A stretch of DNA of 64,000 nt, taken from IMG/VR virus record IMGVR_UViG_3300035101_000015, positions 81,843-145,842 of that record. One strand, 5' to 3'. Both the position numbers and the translations under genes were made by a program. Position 1 is the stretch's first letter; every line of letters starts with the position of its first letter. Shown here piece by piece: positions 24,136 through 33,755 of this stretch. A model generated the notes under the pieces. It was not told where the DNA came from and did no database searches. It saw only the letters and a list, made by a program, of their open reading frames with translations. This DNA is from a virus. Its lineage: Duplodnaviria > Caudoviricetes.

Positions 24136-26079
24136 ATGACAGGTTGGAACATCGACGTTCCCACCACGGACTACTACGGACCGTGGCCCGGGGAACCAAT
24201 GCACGAGTTCGATGCTGACGCAGTCCAAGCACTCGTCAACGAGCTTCAGGCTCAGCCACTCATAGCCATCGATACAGAGACGACCGGCCTCACTCTGTGG
24301 AAGGACCTTCCTCTGTACTGGTCGCTGGCGTGGGGGAACAAGCGCTGCACGCTACACGCGAGCATGCTCCACTACTTCCAGGGCGTCTTCAACGACCCGT
24401 CCAAGTGGTGGGTGTTCGCCAACGCGAAGTACGACGCGCACATCTTAGCCAACGTGAGTACCTTCTTCGCAGGGAACCTCGTGGACACACAGGTGATGCA
24501 CGCGCTGCTATACGAGGACAAGCCGCACCGACTCAAGTTCATGTGCAAGCACATCTTGGGCTGGACGTGGGGCGACTTCGAGGACACCTTCGGCAAGATT
24601 GGCAAGCGCCAGAGTGCCGAGGACGTCATCCGCAAGGCGGAGCGTGAGGACTTCCCACTGCTGGTCGAGTACGCAGCCAATGACGCGTGGGGAACCCTGG
24701 GCGTGTTCAACGAGCTGCGTGGACAGCTCGAGCGCGCCGGCACGCATTCTCTCTTCAGGAGCAAGCCTCCCTACATAGAGAACCTGTGGGACCTCTTCTA
24801 CAAGGTGGAGGTTCCCTACACGAAGTGCCTGTGGCGCATGGAGCGACACGGCATCAAGGTAAATCGGCAGACGCTGGAGAACGCCCGACCGCAAGCCGAG
24901 GCTGAGCTGGACCGCATCGGGCGCGAGCTGTTCCGCCTGCGCGGGCAGCCTGTGAACATCAACAGCACACCGCAGCTCAAGAAGTGGCTCATCGACGAGA
25001 AGGGACTCAAGCCCATCAAGTGGACGAAGGGCGGGAAGAAGGGCATCCGTCAGCCCAGCACCGACGCACAGTTCCTACAGCACTACGCCGACCAAGGTGT
25101 GGAGGAGTGCGCGCTCATCCTGCAGCACCGTGACTACTCCAAGCTGCTGGGGACGTACATCAACGGGCTGCACGAGCTGCTCGACCCAGTGGACCGCATC
25201 CACACGAAGTTCAACCAGGACGTGGCACGCACTGGACGACTGTCGAGCTCGGAGCCCAACCTGCAGAACATCCCACGACCGGAGAACGACCACTGGAACC
25301 TACGTGGCGCCTTCGTCCCCGAGGATGGCTACACGATGCTGTGCCTAGACTACGCCCAGTTGGAGATGCGGCTGCTGGCCGCTGCCTCGCTCGAGCAGAG
25401 CATGATTGAGATGATTCACTCGGGCAAGGACATCCACATGGGCAACGCCGAAATCGTCTTCGGGCTTCCCTACGACGACATCAAGGCAGCCAAGAAGAAG
25501 GACAAGGCCGACTTCACCGAGTACGACAAGCAGTGCATGGCTGCTCGGTCAGCCGTGAAGAACATCGGCTTCGGCATCCTGTACGGCATGGGCCCCAACA
25601 AGATGGCGAACGACTTGGGCATAACAGTAGAGGAAGCTGAGGCGAAGATTGCTCAGTTCCTCGATACCTACCCTGCAGTGAAGGCATTCACCGAGGAGGC
25701 GGTTCAGGAGACGGAGCGCACCGGCTACGCATTCACCGTGCTCGGCCGACGGCGCAACATCCCCGAGATTGCCTCCAACAGTCGTGCCGAGCGAAGTCGT
25801 GGTGAACGGCTGGCGGTGAACACCCAGATTCAGGGTAGTGCTGCTGACGTGGTGAAGATGGCCCAGATTCTCTACGACAAGCTGGGCTTCGAGCGTGACT
25901 TCGGTTGCCGCATGCTCCTGCAGGTTCATGACGAGCTCGTGTTCGAGTGCCCCAACCAACACGTAGACCATATGCTGGGGGAGATTCAGGAGATGATGCA
26001 GCACCCATTCAGTGAAGACCTGGCTGTCTTTCTCGAGGCAGATGGTGGCAAGGGCACTTCATGGGGTGAGGCGAAGTAG
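24136..26079 (+). CDS. DNA polymerase family A (3'-5' exonuclease plus polymerase)
   Basis: IDTETTG, NAKYD, YAANDA; TGRLSSSEPNLQNIP, DYAQLEMR, KNIGFGILYG, NTQIQGSAAD, LQVHDEL. Confidence 0.97.
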   Translation: MTGWNIDVPTTDYYGPWPGEPMHEFDADAVQALVNELQAQPLIAIDTETTGLTLWKDLPLYWSLAWGNKRCTLHASMLHYFQGVFNDPSKWWVFANAKYDAHILANVSTFFAGNLVDTQVMHALLYEDKPHRLKFMCKHILGWTWGDFEDTFGKIGKRQSAEDVIRKAEREDFPLLVEYAANDAWGTLGVFNELRGQLERAGTHSLFRSKPPYIENLWDLFYKVEVPYTKCLWRMERHGIKVNRQTLENARPQAEAELDRIGRELFRLRGQPVNINSTPQLKKWLIDEKGLKPIKWTKGGKKGIRQPSTDAQFLQHYADQGVEECALILQHRDYSKLLGTYINGLHELLDPVDRIHTKFNQDVARTGRLSSSEPNLQNIPRPENDHWNLRGAFVPEDGYTMLCLDYAQLEMRLLAAASLEQSMIEMIHSGKDIHMGNAEIVFGLPYDDIKAAKKKDKADFTEYDKQCMAARSAVKNIGFGILYGMGPNKMANDLGITVEEAEAKIAQFLDTYPAVKAFTEEAVQETERTGYAFTVLGRRRNIPEIASNSRAERSRGERLAVNTQIQGSAADVVKMAQILYDKLGFERDFGCRMLLQVHDELVFECPNQHVDHMLGEIQEMMQHPFSEDLAVFLEADGGKGTSWGEAK

Positions 26080-26128
26080 CTGGTGGGGCCTCCCGAGGTC
26101 GGGTATCCTCTGACCAAAGGAGGCCACC

Positions 26129-26308
26129 ATGCCCGAGAACGATGAAGGAATGGACAAGTTCGGTGTAGATGAAACGCAGGGACTCTCTTCCGAGGAGCAG
26201 GAGAAGCGCGCCGCCAAGGGCTGCCCACGATGTGGGAAGGAGCTCGTCAAGCACGGCGCGGTCATCCTCTGCCCCGACTGCGGAAGTGAGCCCTTCGAGA
26301 AGGGCTAG
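26129..26308 (+). CDS. Small zinc-ribbon protein (59 aa; not in the ORF track)
   Basis: AAGGAGG SD; MPENDEGMDKFGVDE...GCPRCGKELVKHGAVILCPDCGSEPFEKG. Confidence 0.75.
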   Translation: MPENDEGMDKFGVDETQGLSSEEQEKRAAKGCPRCGKELVKHGAVILCPDCGSEPFEKG

Positions 26309-26309
26309 G

Positions 26310-27677
26310 ATGGCAACACGGAAGAAGGGAAAGAAGAAGACTACGAAGAAGACCACGAAGAGAGCGGCGGTGAAGAGGACTCCCCCGCCGCCCGTGGTCA
26401 CAGGAGGGGGCGAACCGCTGGCGTCACTGGCGGTCGCTCCTCCCCCACCGCCCACGACGGACCAGGCATTCCTGGAGCGTCAGGCGGCACTCGATGCAGT
26501 GGCCAATGCCTTCAATGAAGATGGTCACATGGTCATGGTGCGTGGGGATGAGGCGCCCAATCCCTACATCCTGCGGCGGCCCACTGGCATCATGGAGCTC
26601 GACATCGACCTCGCTGGTGGCTGGCCTGCTGGTGGAGCGTGCTTCGTCTCCGGGCCGGACAACTCCGGCAAGACGTGGCTGATGCTCCAGACGATGGCAA
26701 TGCAGCAGCGCATCTACGGACAGCGTTGCGTGCAGGCTATGGCCATCACTGAAGGTGGCTTCCCATACGACCAGTGCATGCGGGTCGGGCTGCGCATCGC
26801 AGTGCCTGACGACATGATTCGCCAGTGGCAGCAGGTACGCGTCCAACGTGGCCTAGCCCCCTACACGGTGCAGGACCTCACCTACTTCAAGGAGCAAGTA
26901 GGCGACTTCCGCATCATCCGTGGGTCCACTGGTGAAGAAGTGTTGAGCGTGCTCCTCCAGGTCATAGGAACCCGAGCATGCTCCATCGTATGCGTCGACT
27001 CGCTACAGGGGCTCCGTCCCCTTGCCGATGCAGACAAGGAGATGGATGAGGCATCCAAGCGCGCGGCACACGCCTCGATGATTACCGAGTTCTTCAAGCG
27101 CTACATCCCCATCACCACAGGGCTGTCGGGAGTGAACTCGACCACGCTGCTGATGACGCAGCAGGTACGCTCCAACTCTGCCAAGGCAGAGGCTTCAGCC
27201 AACATCCAGAAGTACCTGAAGGATTGGGCCATCGCTGGCTCCTACGCCGGTCGTCACTACAAGCTGGTCGACCTCATCTTGTACGACGGCGCTGTCGACA
27301 AGCGGGAGGTGTCAGGGCAGGGCAAGATTGCCGTTGGCAAGACCCTGAAGTGGGAGTTCGAGAAGGGCAAGGCCGGCACCCACGACAACATCCAAGGCGA
27401 GGTCCAGTACCGGTACATGCTCAATGACGGTACGGCATTCCCACCAGGTGTCGACTTCCTAGGCACTGTCATGGACTCCGCACAGCAGCGTGGCGTCCTC
27501 CGCAAGGTGGGGAGCAAATACACACTGGTGCGACCAGACACCAACCAGGTGCTGGAGGAGTACTCCGCCCCGAGTCTCAAGGCGTTCAGGCGCTGCATGG
27601 AGCTCGACGAGGAGTTCGAGATGTCCGTCAGGCTGGAGGTACTCGCAGCAGCAGGTGTCCAATGCCTCTATCAGTGA
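26310..27677 (+). CDS. RecA/UvsX-like recombinase
   Basis: PTGIMELDIDLAGGWPAG, SGPDNSGKT, VCVDSL, TQQVR. Confidence 0.9.
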   Translation: MATRKKGKKKTTKKTTKRAAVKRTPPPPVVTGGGEPLASLAVAPPPPPTTDQAFLERQAALDAVANAFNEDGHMVMVRGDEAPNPYILRRPTGIMELDIDLAGGWPAGGACFVSGPDNSGKTWLMLQTMAMQQRIYGQRCVQAMAITEGGFPYDQCMRVGLRIAVPDDMIRQWQQVRVQRGLAPYTVQDLTYFKEQVGDFRIIRGSTGEEVLSVLLQVIGTRACSIVCVDSLQGLRPLADADKEMDEASKRAAHASMITEFFKRYIPITTGLSGVNSTTLLMTQQVRSNSAKAEASANIQKYLKDWAIAGSYAGRHYKLVDLILYDGAVDKREVSGQGKIAVGKTLKWEFEKGKAGTHDNIQGEVQYRYMLNDGTAFPPGVDFLGTVMDSAQQRGVLRKVGSKYTLVRPDTNQVLEEYSAPSLKAFRRCMELDEEFEMSVRLEVLAAAGVQCLYQ

Positions 27678-28174
27678 AGGTACGACTCGACTACGACGAC
27701 ACGCCGCGCACTCCCTACATCACCATCAACGTACGCACGGATGATGGTCAGGGAGCCTCGCAGCCCATCAACTACTTCAACCTATTTGGCAGCGAGCACG
27801 TCGTCTTCATCCTTCCTCCCGAGGGTGGACGCCCGATGAAGAAGAAGGCCATCAAGAAGCGGTCAGAGAAGCAGGAGACGAAGCGCATCGAGGCAGTCGG
27901 GGGTCGCCGCCACAGTGGAAGCGGCTCCCGTGCCGGGTATAAGTCCGACGGTAGCGTCGGTAACCGCTATCGAATGGAGAACAAGTTCACTACGGCCGAA
28001 TCGAGACGTGTGGAGCTGAAGGAGCTACGCAAGCTGAGAAGCGAGTGCCTGAATGGGCAGGTTCCCGTCTTCAACATCGACTTCCAAGACAAGCACACTG
28101 GCGCCACCAAGGAGAGCTGGGTGCTCATCCCTACCAAGGAGTGGGAGAGGCTAGCCAATGCTGAGAACGATTGA
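27662..28174 (+). CDS. PD-(D/E)XK nuclease, Holliday-junction-resolvase-like
   Basis: SEKQE..GGRRHSGSGS...KSDG...MENKFT pattern. Confidence 0.6.
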   Translation: MPLSVKVRLDYDDTPRTPYITINVRTDDGQGASQPINYFNLFGSEHVVFILPPEGGRPMKKKAIKKRSEKQETKRIEAVGGRRHSGSGSRAGYKSDGSVGNRYRMENKFTTAESRRVELKELRKLRSECLNGQVPVFNIDFQDKHTGATKESWVLIPTKEWERLANAEND

Positions 28175-29009
28175 GGAGCTGAGAGCGCTCGATGCACCTA
28201 CGAGGCAGGCGCTCGTCCACCACGCCATGCAACTCTCCACGCTGTGGTACCAGTGGAAGCTGCAGCATGATGGAGCGTTCACCATCACGGTGAAGCACGA
28301 GACGTCCAGAGAGCGGAAGACGGGCGTGCATGCCTCCGAGCTGCACGGCTGTCTCCGCAAGCTGGTCTATGCCGTTCGTGGTGAACCACGTCAGAGCGGC
28401 AACCGCGACGTGAACATGCAGCGCCGCTTCGACATCGGCACCATGACCCACGAGCTCATTCAGCACGAGTTCAAGGAAATGTGTGCTTGGCTGAGGCAGT
28501 ATGGGACCGAGCTCTACTTCGATGCGGAGGTGCCCATCCACCCAGGGCTCGGAGGTGTCGCCCAGGGGTATCACATGTACTCCAGTTGCGATGGTGTCTT
28601 CACCTTCTGCACCCAGGGAGCCCCCTACCTACGCGTAGGGCTGGAAATCAAGACGTCGTCGTACCTCGAGTTCGACAAGCTGACGAAGCCGAAGGAGGAC
28701 CACGCTTGGCAGACGTGCATGTACCAACGTGCGCTCGACCTGCCGTACATGTGGGTTCTCTACTACAACAAGAGCAACAGCAACACGACACCCAGCGAGG
28801 CGCCGTGGCTGTTCCAGTTCAACGAGCCACTATGGAGTGGCACCATCGAGCCACGCATCATGAGTGCGTACCAGATGGCCAGTGCAGGCCAGCTACCCGC
28901 ACGTGAGGAAGGCCGACCGTGCGGGTGGTGCGCGTGGGCGTGGACTTGTAACCCCAACTGCATGCGAAACAAGGAGGCTCAGGGCGGTAGCGCCGCCAGA
29001 GAGTTCTGA
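28158..29009 (+). CDS. Cas4-like / PD-(D/E)XK exonuclease
   Basis: HASELHGCLRK, GTMTHE, SCDG, LEIKT, QTCMY, C-terminal CGWC...C. Confidence 0.8.
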   Translation: MLRTIEELRALDAPTRQALVHHAMQLSTLWYQWKLQHDGAFTITVKHETSRERKTGVHASELHGCLRKLVYAVRGEPRQSGNRDVNMQRRFDIGTMTHELIQHEFKEMCAWLRQYGTELYFDAEVPIHPGLGGVAQGYHMYSSCDGVFTFCTQGAPYLRVGLEIKTSSYLEFDKLTKPKEDHAWQTCMYQRALDLPYMWVLYYNKSNSNTTPSEAPWLFQFNEPLWSGTIEPRIMSAYQMASAGQLPAREEGRPCGWCAWAWTCNPNCMRNKEAQGGSAAREF

Positions 29010-29587
29010 TGCTAGATGTACCCGAGCAGCTCGGGCTGTCGAATACCGAGCAACAGAACCTGCACCAGCAGTGGAGCACCTTCAACCAGGTGCAGCAGAG
29101 ATTGAAGCAGGAGGGATTCGTGCCGCTGCCGTACCCCCAATACGCGTGTCCAGGCTATCTGGATGTCGAAACGCTCACCGCACATGACTCACGCACTCTG
29201 ACGATGGAGTACGCCAAGTACAAGGCGTGGCGAGACTTCACTGCCGAGCGCCTGGCCTACTCCGAGCAGATTCTGCTGGAGACGAGCAACGAGATGAGCG
29301 CCATCGAGGCGCGCACGAAGAAGCGACTGCAGCAGGACTCCAAGAAGAAGTTCACGAAGGACGAGATTCGCGAGGAGGCCAGGAGCGACCAGCGCTACGA
29401 GCAGCTCAAGCTCCAGGAGCAGGAGAACAAGCAGCTCAAGGTCGCCTACGAGACACAGAGGGACCGGTTCTCCAACGGAATGAGCCTCATCTCGAGGGCC
29501 ATCACCATGCGTGGTCAGGACATCGAGCAGGGCAACCGAGGCAGCAACATCGGTGCCACTGGGACGCAGAGAGAGTTCGGAGGATGA
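29009..29587 (+). CDS. Coiled-coil protein (possibly UvsY-like recombination mediator)
   Basis: Helical, charged; next to RecA and nucleases; function inferred from context only. Confidence 0.55.
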   Translation: MLDVPEQLGLSNTEQQNLHQQWSTFNQVQQRLKQEGFVPLPYPQYACPGYLDVETLTAHDSRTLTMEYAKYKAWRDFTAERLAYSEQILLETSNEMSAIEARTKKRLQQDSKKKFTKDEIREEARSDQRYEQLKLQEQENKQLKVAYETQRDRFSNGMSLISRAITMRGQDIEQGNRGSNIGATGTQREFGG

Positions 29588-30087
29588 TTCACATCACCAT
29601 ACCGAGCATCCCCATTAGCTCCAACAACGCGTACTTCACGATGGTGAAGAGGCAGGGCAAGGGCAAGTCGACCCCCATCCGTGTGCTGACCCCCAAGGGG
29701 AAGAAGTACAAGAAGGAGACGGCAACCTACATCACCCGCCACTATCCCAGTGAGCTGAGGTTCTTTCAGCCCAACGTGCCGTACGCGTTGTTGGTCCACT
29801 TCATCTTCGGGGATGAGGTCACCCTGCTCAACAAGGGGTACCCAGAAAAAGCCAAGACTCGGTATAAGAAGCTCGACGTGGGGAACCGTCTCAAGCTATT
29901 TGAGGACGCTCTCACTGACGCAACCGGATGCGACGACTCGCAACACTGGATGGTATCCCTGAGCAAAGCCTGCGGTAGGTCCGACGAGACTCACCTGTGG
30001 GTTTGGAACATGGAAGATGAACCCTACAACCCCCTCGTCAACATCCGAGACACGCTCCTCGCCGCTGGCGAGTTGCAACAGGACTGA
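29584..30087 (+). CDS. RusA-like Holliday junction resolvase
   Basis: PISSNNAY; KLDVGNRLKLFEDAL..DDSQ matches the RusA DxDN..K..D..DD pattern. Confidence 0.8.
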   Translation: MIHITIPSIPISSNNAYFTMVKRQGKGKSTPIRVLTPKGKKYKKETATYITRHYPSELRFFQPNVPYALLVHFIFGDEVTLLNKGYPEKAKTRYKKLDVGNRLKLFEDALTDATGCDDSQHWMVSLSKACGRSDETHLWVWNMEDEPYNPLVNIRDTLLAAGELQQD

Positions 30088-30430
30088 GCTCTACCAGCTC
30101 TGCCGGAGGTCTGGTATCAACGTCCACCCCGGCACACCAAGAGAATGGCTACTCGGGTATCTCACCGGAGAATACGACGCTCCTCCCATGGCCGAGGAGG
30201 AGCACCCCGTCGACAAGTGGAGGCTTGGAATCATCAGCTTCCTTCTGGACTACTGGGAGCGTGTACACCCTCAGTTGAAGTGCCCAGCGAAGAACATGAA
30301 GCACTCTGACCCAGCGCAGCGCAATGAGCGGCCCTGCTTCGGGTGCTCGGACCTGCAGGTGATGACCTGCGTGGCCGACAACGCCAGGAATGAAGCTCGC
30401 ATACGTATGTACCAACCAGGGAGAAAGTAG
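30017..30430 (+). CDS. Hypothetical Cys-containing protein
   Basis: In operon; CPA...PCFGC...C; start uncertain. Confidence 0.6.
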   Translation: MNPTTPSSTSETRSSPLASCNRTELYQLCRRSGINVHPGTPREWLLGYLTGEYDAPPMAEEEHPVDKWRLGIISFLLDYWERVHPQLKCPAKNMKHSDPAQRNERPCFGCSDLQVMTCVADNARNEARIRMYQPGRK

Positions 30431-31388
30431 CGTGCAGCAGAACATGATTTCGATTGCCAACGCGCCGCGCGACCTCGCGGCCCTGACTCAGCTCAAGCGT
30501 CGTCAGCTCTACCTGCTGGCAACCAACCTGAAGCTGTTGAACGACGAGCAGCGGGAGTCGGCGTTCCTCGCCATGAGTCCCGAGCAGCAGGCAGGCACCG
30601 TCCTCCAGGGCCTCCAGGCCATGGATGCAGCCGGTGGTGCCCCGATGGAGGTAGCTCCGGCAGCACAGCCACAGGTCGCCCCGGCGGCGGTCCCAGTGGC
30701 TGCAGCTCCGCCCCAGGCTCCTGCACCTGTAGCACCAGCTCCGGCGGCCCCGGCCATACCCCCTGCAGGGTATGCGCCAGCTCCGATGGCCCCACCACCC
30801 GCACAGCCGGTCGCGGCGCCGCCCCCACCGCAGATGCCAGCTCCGATGGCTCCTCAGCCTCCCCAGGCACCTGCCGCTCCACCGATGCCCATGGCTCCAC
30901 AGGCGCCCCCACCGGCTCCTGCAGCGCCTGTGGCCGCACCACCGATGCCTCCACAGCCGGTGGCACCTCCTCCGCCCCAGGCACCGCCCCCGATGGCCCC
31001 TCAGCCTGTGGCAGCTCCGCCGGCCCCTGCGCCTGTACCCATGGCTCCACAGGCAGCACCCCCAGCCGCCATGCCTCCGAGGACCCCACAGACTGCCACC
31101 GACCCAGGTGCCAGTGCGGGAGGGCCCGCTCCGCAGCTTCAGCAGCTCGTGGGCATCCTGACGAAGATGAACGCTGGACAGGAGGCCATGGCGAAGGGCC
31201 TCGATGGCCTGAGCAAGAACGTCAACGGCTCCGTCCTGCTTCAGCGGGTCATCCTCCAAATCCTACTCACGCTCGCAGAGCTGCAGGGGATGGACCAGGA
31301 TGCACTCATCAAGCAGGTGAAGCTGGGTGACGCCGACGCCGTCGAGAAGTTCATCGCCGCGCTGGGAACCAGCCAGGGAAAATCCTGA
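30390..31388 (+). CDS. Pro/Ala-rich protein ending at a G-GGA-AAA slippery site (start probably 30432 or later)
   Basis: Long Pro/Ala/Gln low-complexity linker; ends ...cag gga aaa tcc tga. Confidence 0.75.
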   Translation: MKLAYVCTNQGESSVQQNMISIANAPRDLAALTQLKRRQLYLLATNLKLLNDEQRESAFLAMSPEQQAGTVLQGLQAMDAAGGAPMEVAPAAQPQVAPAAVPVAAAPPQAPAPVAPAPAAPAIPPAGYAPAPMAPPPAQPVAAPPPPQMPAPMAPQPPQAPAAPPMPMAPQAPPPAPAAPVAAPPMPPQPVAPPPPQAPPPMAPQPVAAPPAPAPVPMAPQAAPPAAMPPRTPQTATDPGASAGGPAPQLQQLVGILTKMNAGQEAMAKGLDGLSKNVNGSVLLQRVILQILLTLAELQGMDQDALIKQVKLGDADAVEKFIAALGTSQGKS

Positions 31389-31579
31389 GCCGCATCTGGC
31401 CTGGGGCAGTACTACCCAAGGCTGATGAGCTGGTTCAGGTCAGCTCTCCCGGGGAGGCCGCCGCGTGCGGTCTCCCCGTGAGCAAGCGAGGAATCGGAGA
31501 GCACGCGTACGATGTGCCCACCTAGCCCGTCGTGGGGATTGGGCTCGAGGTAGCGGAACGCGTCGTGTAGGAGGTCACC

Positions 31580-31987
31580 ATGGATGTCACGCACGATTGC
31601 GAGCTTGCAGCCATTGCCGCCAGGGAACCCTGGAGGCAGAGGGTGGGCTACCCGAACACGGTCGACGACCCGCTCTGGTCCCCCGAAGAGCACGAAGAGT
31701 GCGACGGGGAGCTGGAGCAGGAGGAGGGCGCCAAGTACTGGTGCTGCTCCAAGTGCGGCTACATCGGCTGGTCAACTTCCGGCAAGCACTATCCGATTCT
31801 TCACCCGAGGGAGTTCTTCGAGTGGTGCAGGGAGTTCTTCTTGATGAGCCGGCGTGAAGACACCGAGCTCACAGAAGAGGAAATCTCCGACCAGATGCTC
31901 TTCCTCATGGGCGTTGTGCTCAAGCACGCGTCCACGAAGAAGCCCGAAGAGATTCGGGACTTCGTAGAGCGAATAGCCGCCCTCTGA
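31580..31987 (+). CDS. Hypothetical zinc-ribbon protein
   Basis: AGGAGG SD; WCCSKCG. Confidence 0.7.
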   Translation: MDVTHDCELAAIAAREPWRQRVGYPNTVDDPLWSPEEHEECDGELEQEEGAKYWCCSKCGYIGWSTSGKHYPILHPREFFEWCREFFLMSRREDTELTEEEISDQMLFLMGVVLKHASTKKPEEIRDFVERIAAL

Positions 31988-31992
31988 TGGCG

Positions 31993-32023
31993 GGGAGGGG
32001 CTCGGGACCCTCCCTTTTAGCCC
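31993..32023 (+). terminator. Terminator at the convergence of the replication and virion clusters
   Basis: gggaggg...ccctccc followed by TTTTAGCCC. Confidence 0.55.
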
Positions 32024-32424
32024 CTCTTCTTTCGGATGCGCACACCAGTCATTCTGGGAGCTCGAGGTGTACTTCCTGTCAGCACACGCCTGCCCTTCAG
32101 CACACCAGTTGTGCCAGTCACCGGGGCAGACGCTGGTGTGACCCTGCGGGTAGGCTTGACACCAGATGTCGTCGAGTAGCGACCTAGCCGACCAGTGATG
32201 GCACTTGTAGTCTGCGTCACAGGAATGAATGGACGCAGTGCAAACCTCGAGGGCTTCTGACCCGTACCCTGTGGTGAGAAACTCGGACCTGGCAAGTCGA
32301 GAATCTCCGGTGGGGGTGTGGGTCCTGGGGGTACGGGCGGTACGTAGGTCTGATAGGGTCCATACCCAAACGTCACTGTGAGCGGCCCAAATGGGATGCT
32401 CGTCCTAGCAACGAAACCAATCAC
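32017..32424 (-). CDS. Hypothetical basic protein
   Basis: GTGA overlap with the upstream gene. Confidence 0.55.
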   Translation of the reverse strand: MIGFVARTSIPFGPLTVTFGYGPYQTYVPPVPPGPTPPPEILDLPGPSFSPQGTGQKPSRFALRPFIPVTQTTSAITGRLGRYSTTSGVKPTRRVTPASAPVTGTTGVLKGRRVLTGSTPRAPRMTGVRIRKKRG

Positions 32425-32933
32425 GTTGCAGCCCCACGACGGGCAGGTACGTTGGGCTGCGGGTTGATACCGTTGCCGTACTCGTCACGAATCTCCCACG
32501 TCTTCAACGGAGTGGTGTTGTCATCATCGAATAGAACGAGCTGGCCTGGATTGCCTGACGTTTGCTCCATGCGATTGGTAGCCAACTTCCGTAGGAGCTC
32601 AGAGTTCGTCCCCAGCGTGTCGATGTCCTCCTGCGTCACCTTGATGGGCTTCGTACCAGAAGCATTGAGTAGTGGAGCTGAGTCACTCACCTGAATGTAG
32701 GCAGAGTAGGTATCTGGACCGTACGTAGTGAAGAACGACCCGGGGATGTCGAAGTAGTAGAGCCCTGGCCGCTGCGTACTCTCCGAAACGGTGGCAGAGA
32801 CTGAGGCAGAGTCATCCGGTGCAACTGTGGTTATGGTGAACTTGTCGGAGGTGAGTCCAGTCCTCGGTGTACCGTCGCTGGCGACCACACCGAACCATAC
32901 CCGTAGGCTGCTTCCAACAACTCCCCAGTACAT
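32421..32933 (-). CDS. Putative virion structural protein (beta-rich)
   Basis: Ser/Thr-rich; PGLYYFD; LVLFDDDNTTPL; coupled. Confidence 0.6.
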   Translation of the reverse strand: MYWGVVGSSLRVWFGVVASDGTPRTGLTSDKFTITTVAPDDSASVSATVSESTQRPGLYYFDIPGSFFTTYGPDTYSAYIQVSDSAPLLNASGTKPIKVTQEDIDTLGTNSELLRKLATNRMEQTSGNPGQLVLFDDDNTTPLKTWEIRDEYGNGINPQPNVPARRGAAT

Positions 32934-33319
32934 CAGACGATGGCTCCTTGACCCTTCGAGGCATCGATGAGGCCAGCGCTGTTGTTGGTGATGAGACTCA
33001 CGCTGTTCTGTACCTTCACGTCAGCGATGTTGTGGTTGGCACCATACGATATGACGGTGTAGCTCCCATCCTCGAACTCTACGGTGTAGGGAGACAGAAT
33101 CTCCACGAACCTGGCGTAGGTCACACCGGAGAGCACCTTCTCGGTACTGTGTCGATGAGTGTCCGGGAAGGGCATACCCTCCACATCATCCTCGAGCTTC
33201 TTCAACTCAAGACGAAACCAGTTGACGTCGAAGTTGTAGAAGCCCCCGCCGAGGTCCACGAGGTCGGCCTGGGGAACGTGAATGACGTTCGTGTTGCCCC
33301 AGTCAACGCTGATTGCCAC
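32933..33319 (-). CDS. Putative virion structural protein
   Basis: GGAGG SD; in virion operon. Confidence 0.6.
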   Translation of the reverse strand: MAISVDWGNTNVIHVPQADLVDLGGGFYNFDVNWFRLELKKLEDDVEGMPFPDTHRHSTEKVLSGVTYARFVEILSPYTVEFEDGSYTVISYGANHNIADVKVQNSVSLITNNSAGLIDASKGQGAIV

Positions 33320-33755
33320 CCTCCAACTCCTTGATTCGTTTCTTCGCAGCCCTGAGCTCAGTGTGGAGCTCTACGATTCGCTCCTGCAGCTCCTGCTCGT
33401 TGCCGTTGGTACGCGTTAGGTGGTTCTGTAGTACCTCATTCTGGTCAGCAACCTTCTGCTTGAGCTGCGTGATTTGCTTCTCCTTCGACCTTAGCAGGTC
33501 CCATGCCGAGAAGAGCTGCTGCTGTGCTACATCAGCCGCGTGGTTCATGGAGCTGGATAGTTTCGATAGGTAGGAAATCTTCCTATCGTCTGGCCATTCC
33601 TGGAACTTCTCACCCCATTGCAGAGTGGCGATGTTGCTTTCCATGCCCGGCAGACGCTTCAAGGACTTCAACTGTCCAAGCGTGTCTGGCTCAAAGTCTG
33701 GGTAGCCCAGAATCTCGGTTGCAGCAGGTACTTCAGAATCCTTGGGCTCAGTCAT
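33303..33755 (-). CDS. Coiled-coil hypothetical protein
   Basis: Heptad-like C-terminal half. Confidence 0.65.
   Translation of the reverse strand: MTEPKDSEVPAATEILGYPDFEPDTLGQLKSLKRLPGMESNIATLQWGEKFQEWPDDRKISYLSKLSSSMNHAADVAQQQLFSAWDLLRSKEKQITQLKQKVADQNEVLQNHLTRTNGNEQELQERIVELHTELRAAKKRIKELEGGNQR

Noticed and set aside
30650-31080. Pro/Ala-rich quasi-repeats (also 23740-24010) as DNA repeat elements
   Set aside because: They reflect low-complexity protein linkers with varied codons, not exact nucleotide repeats.
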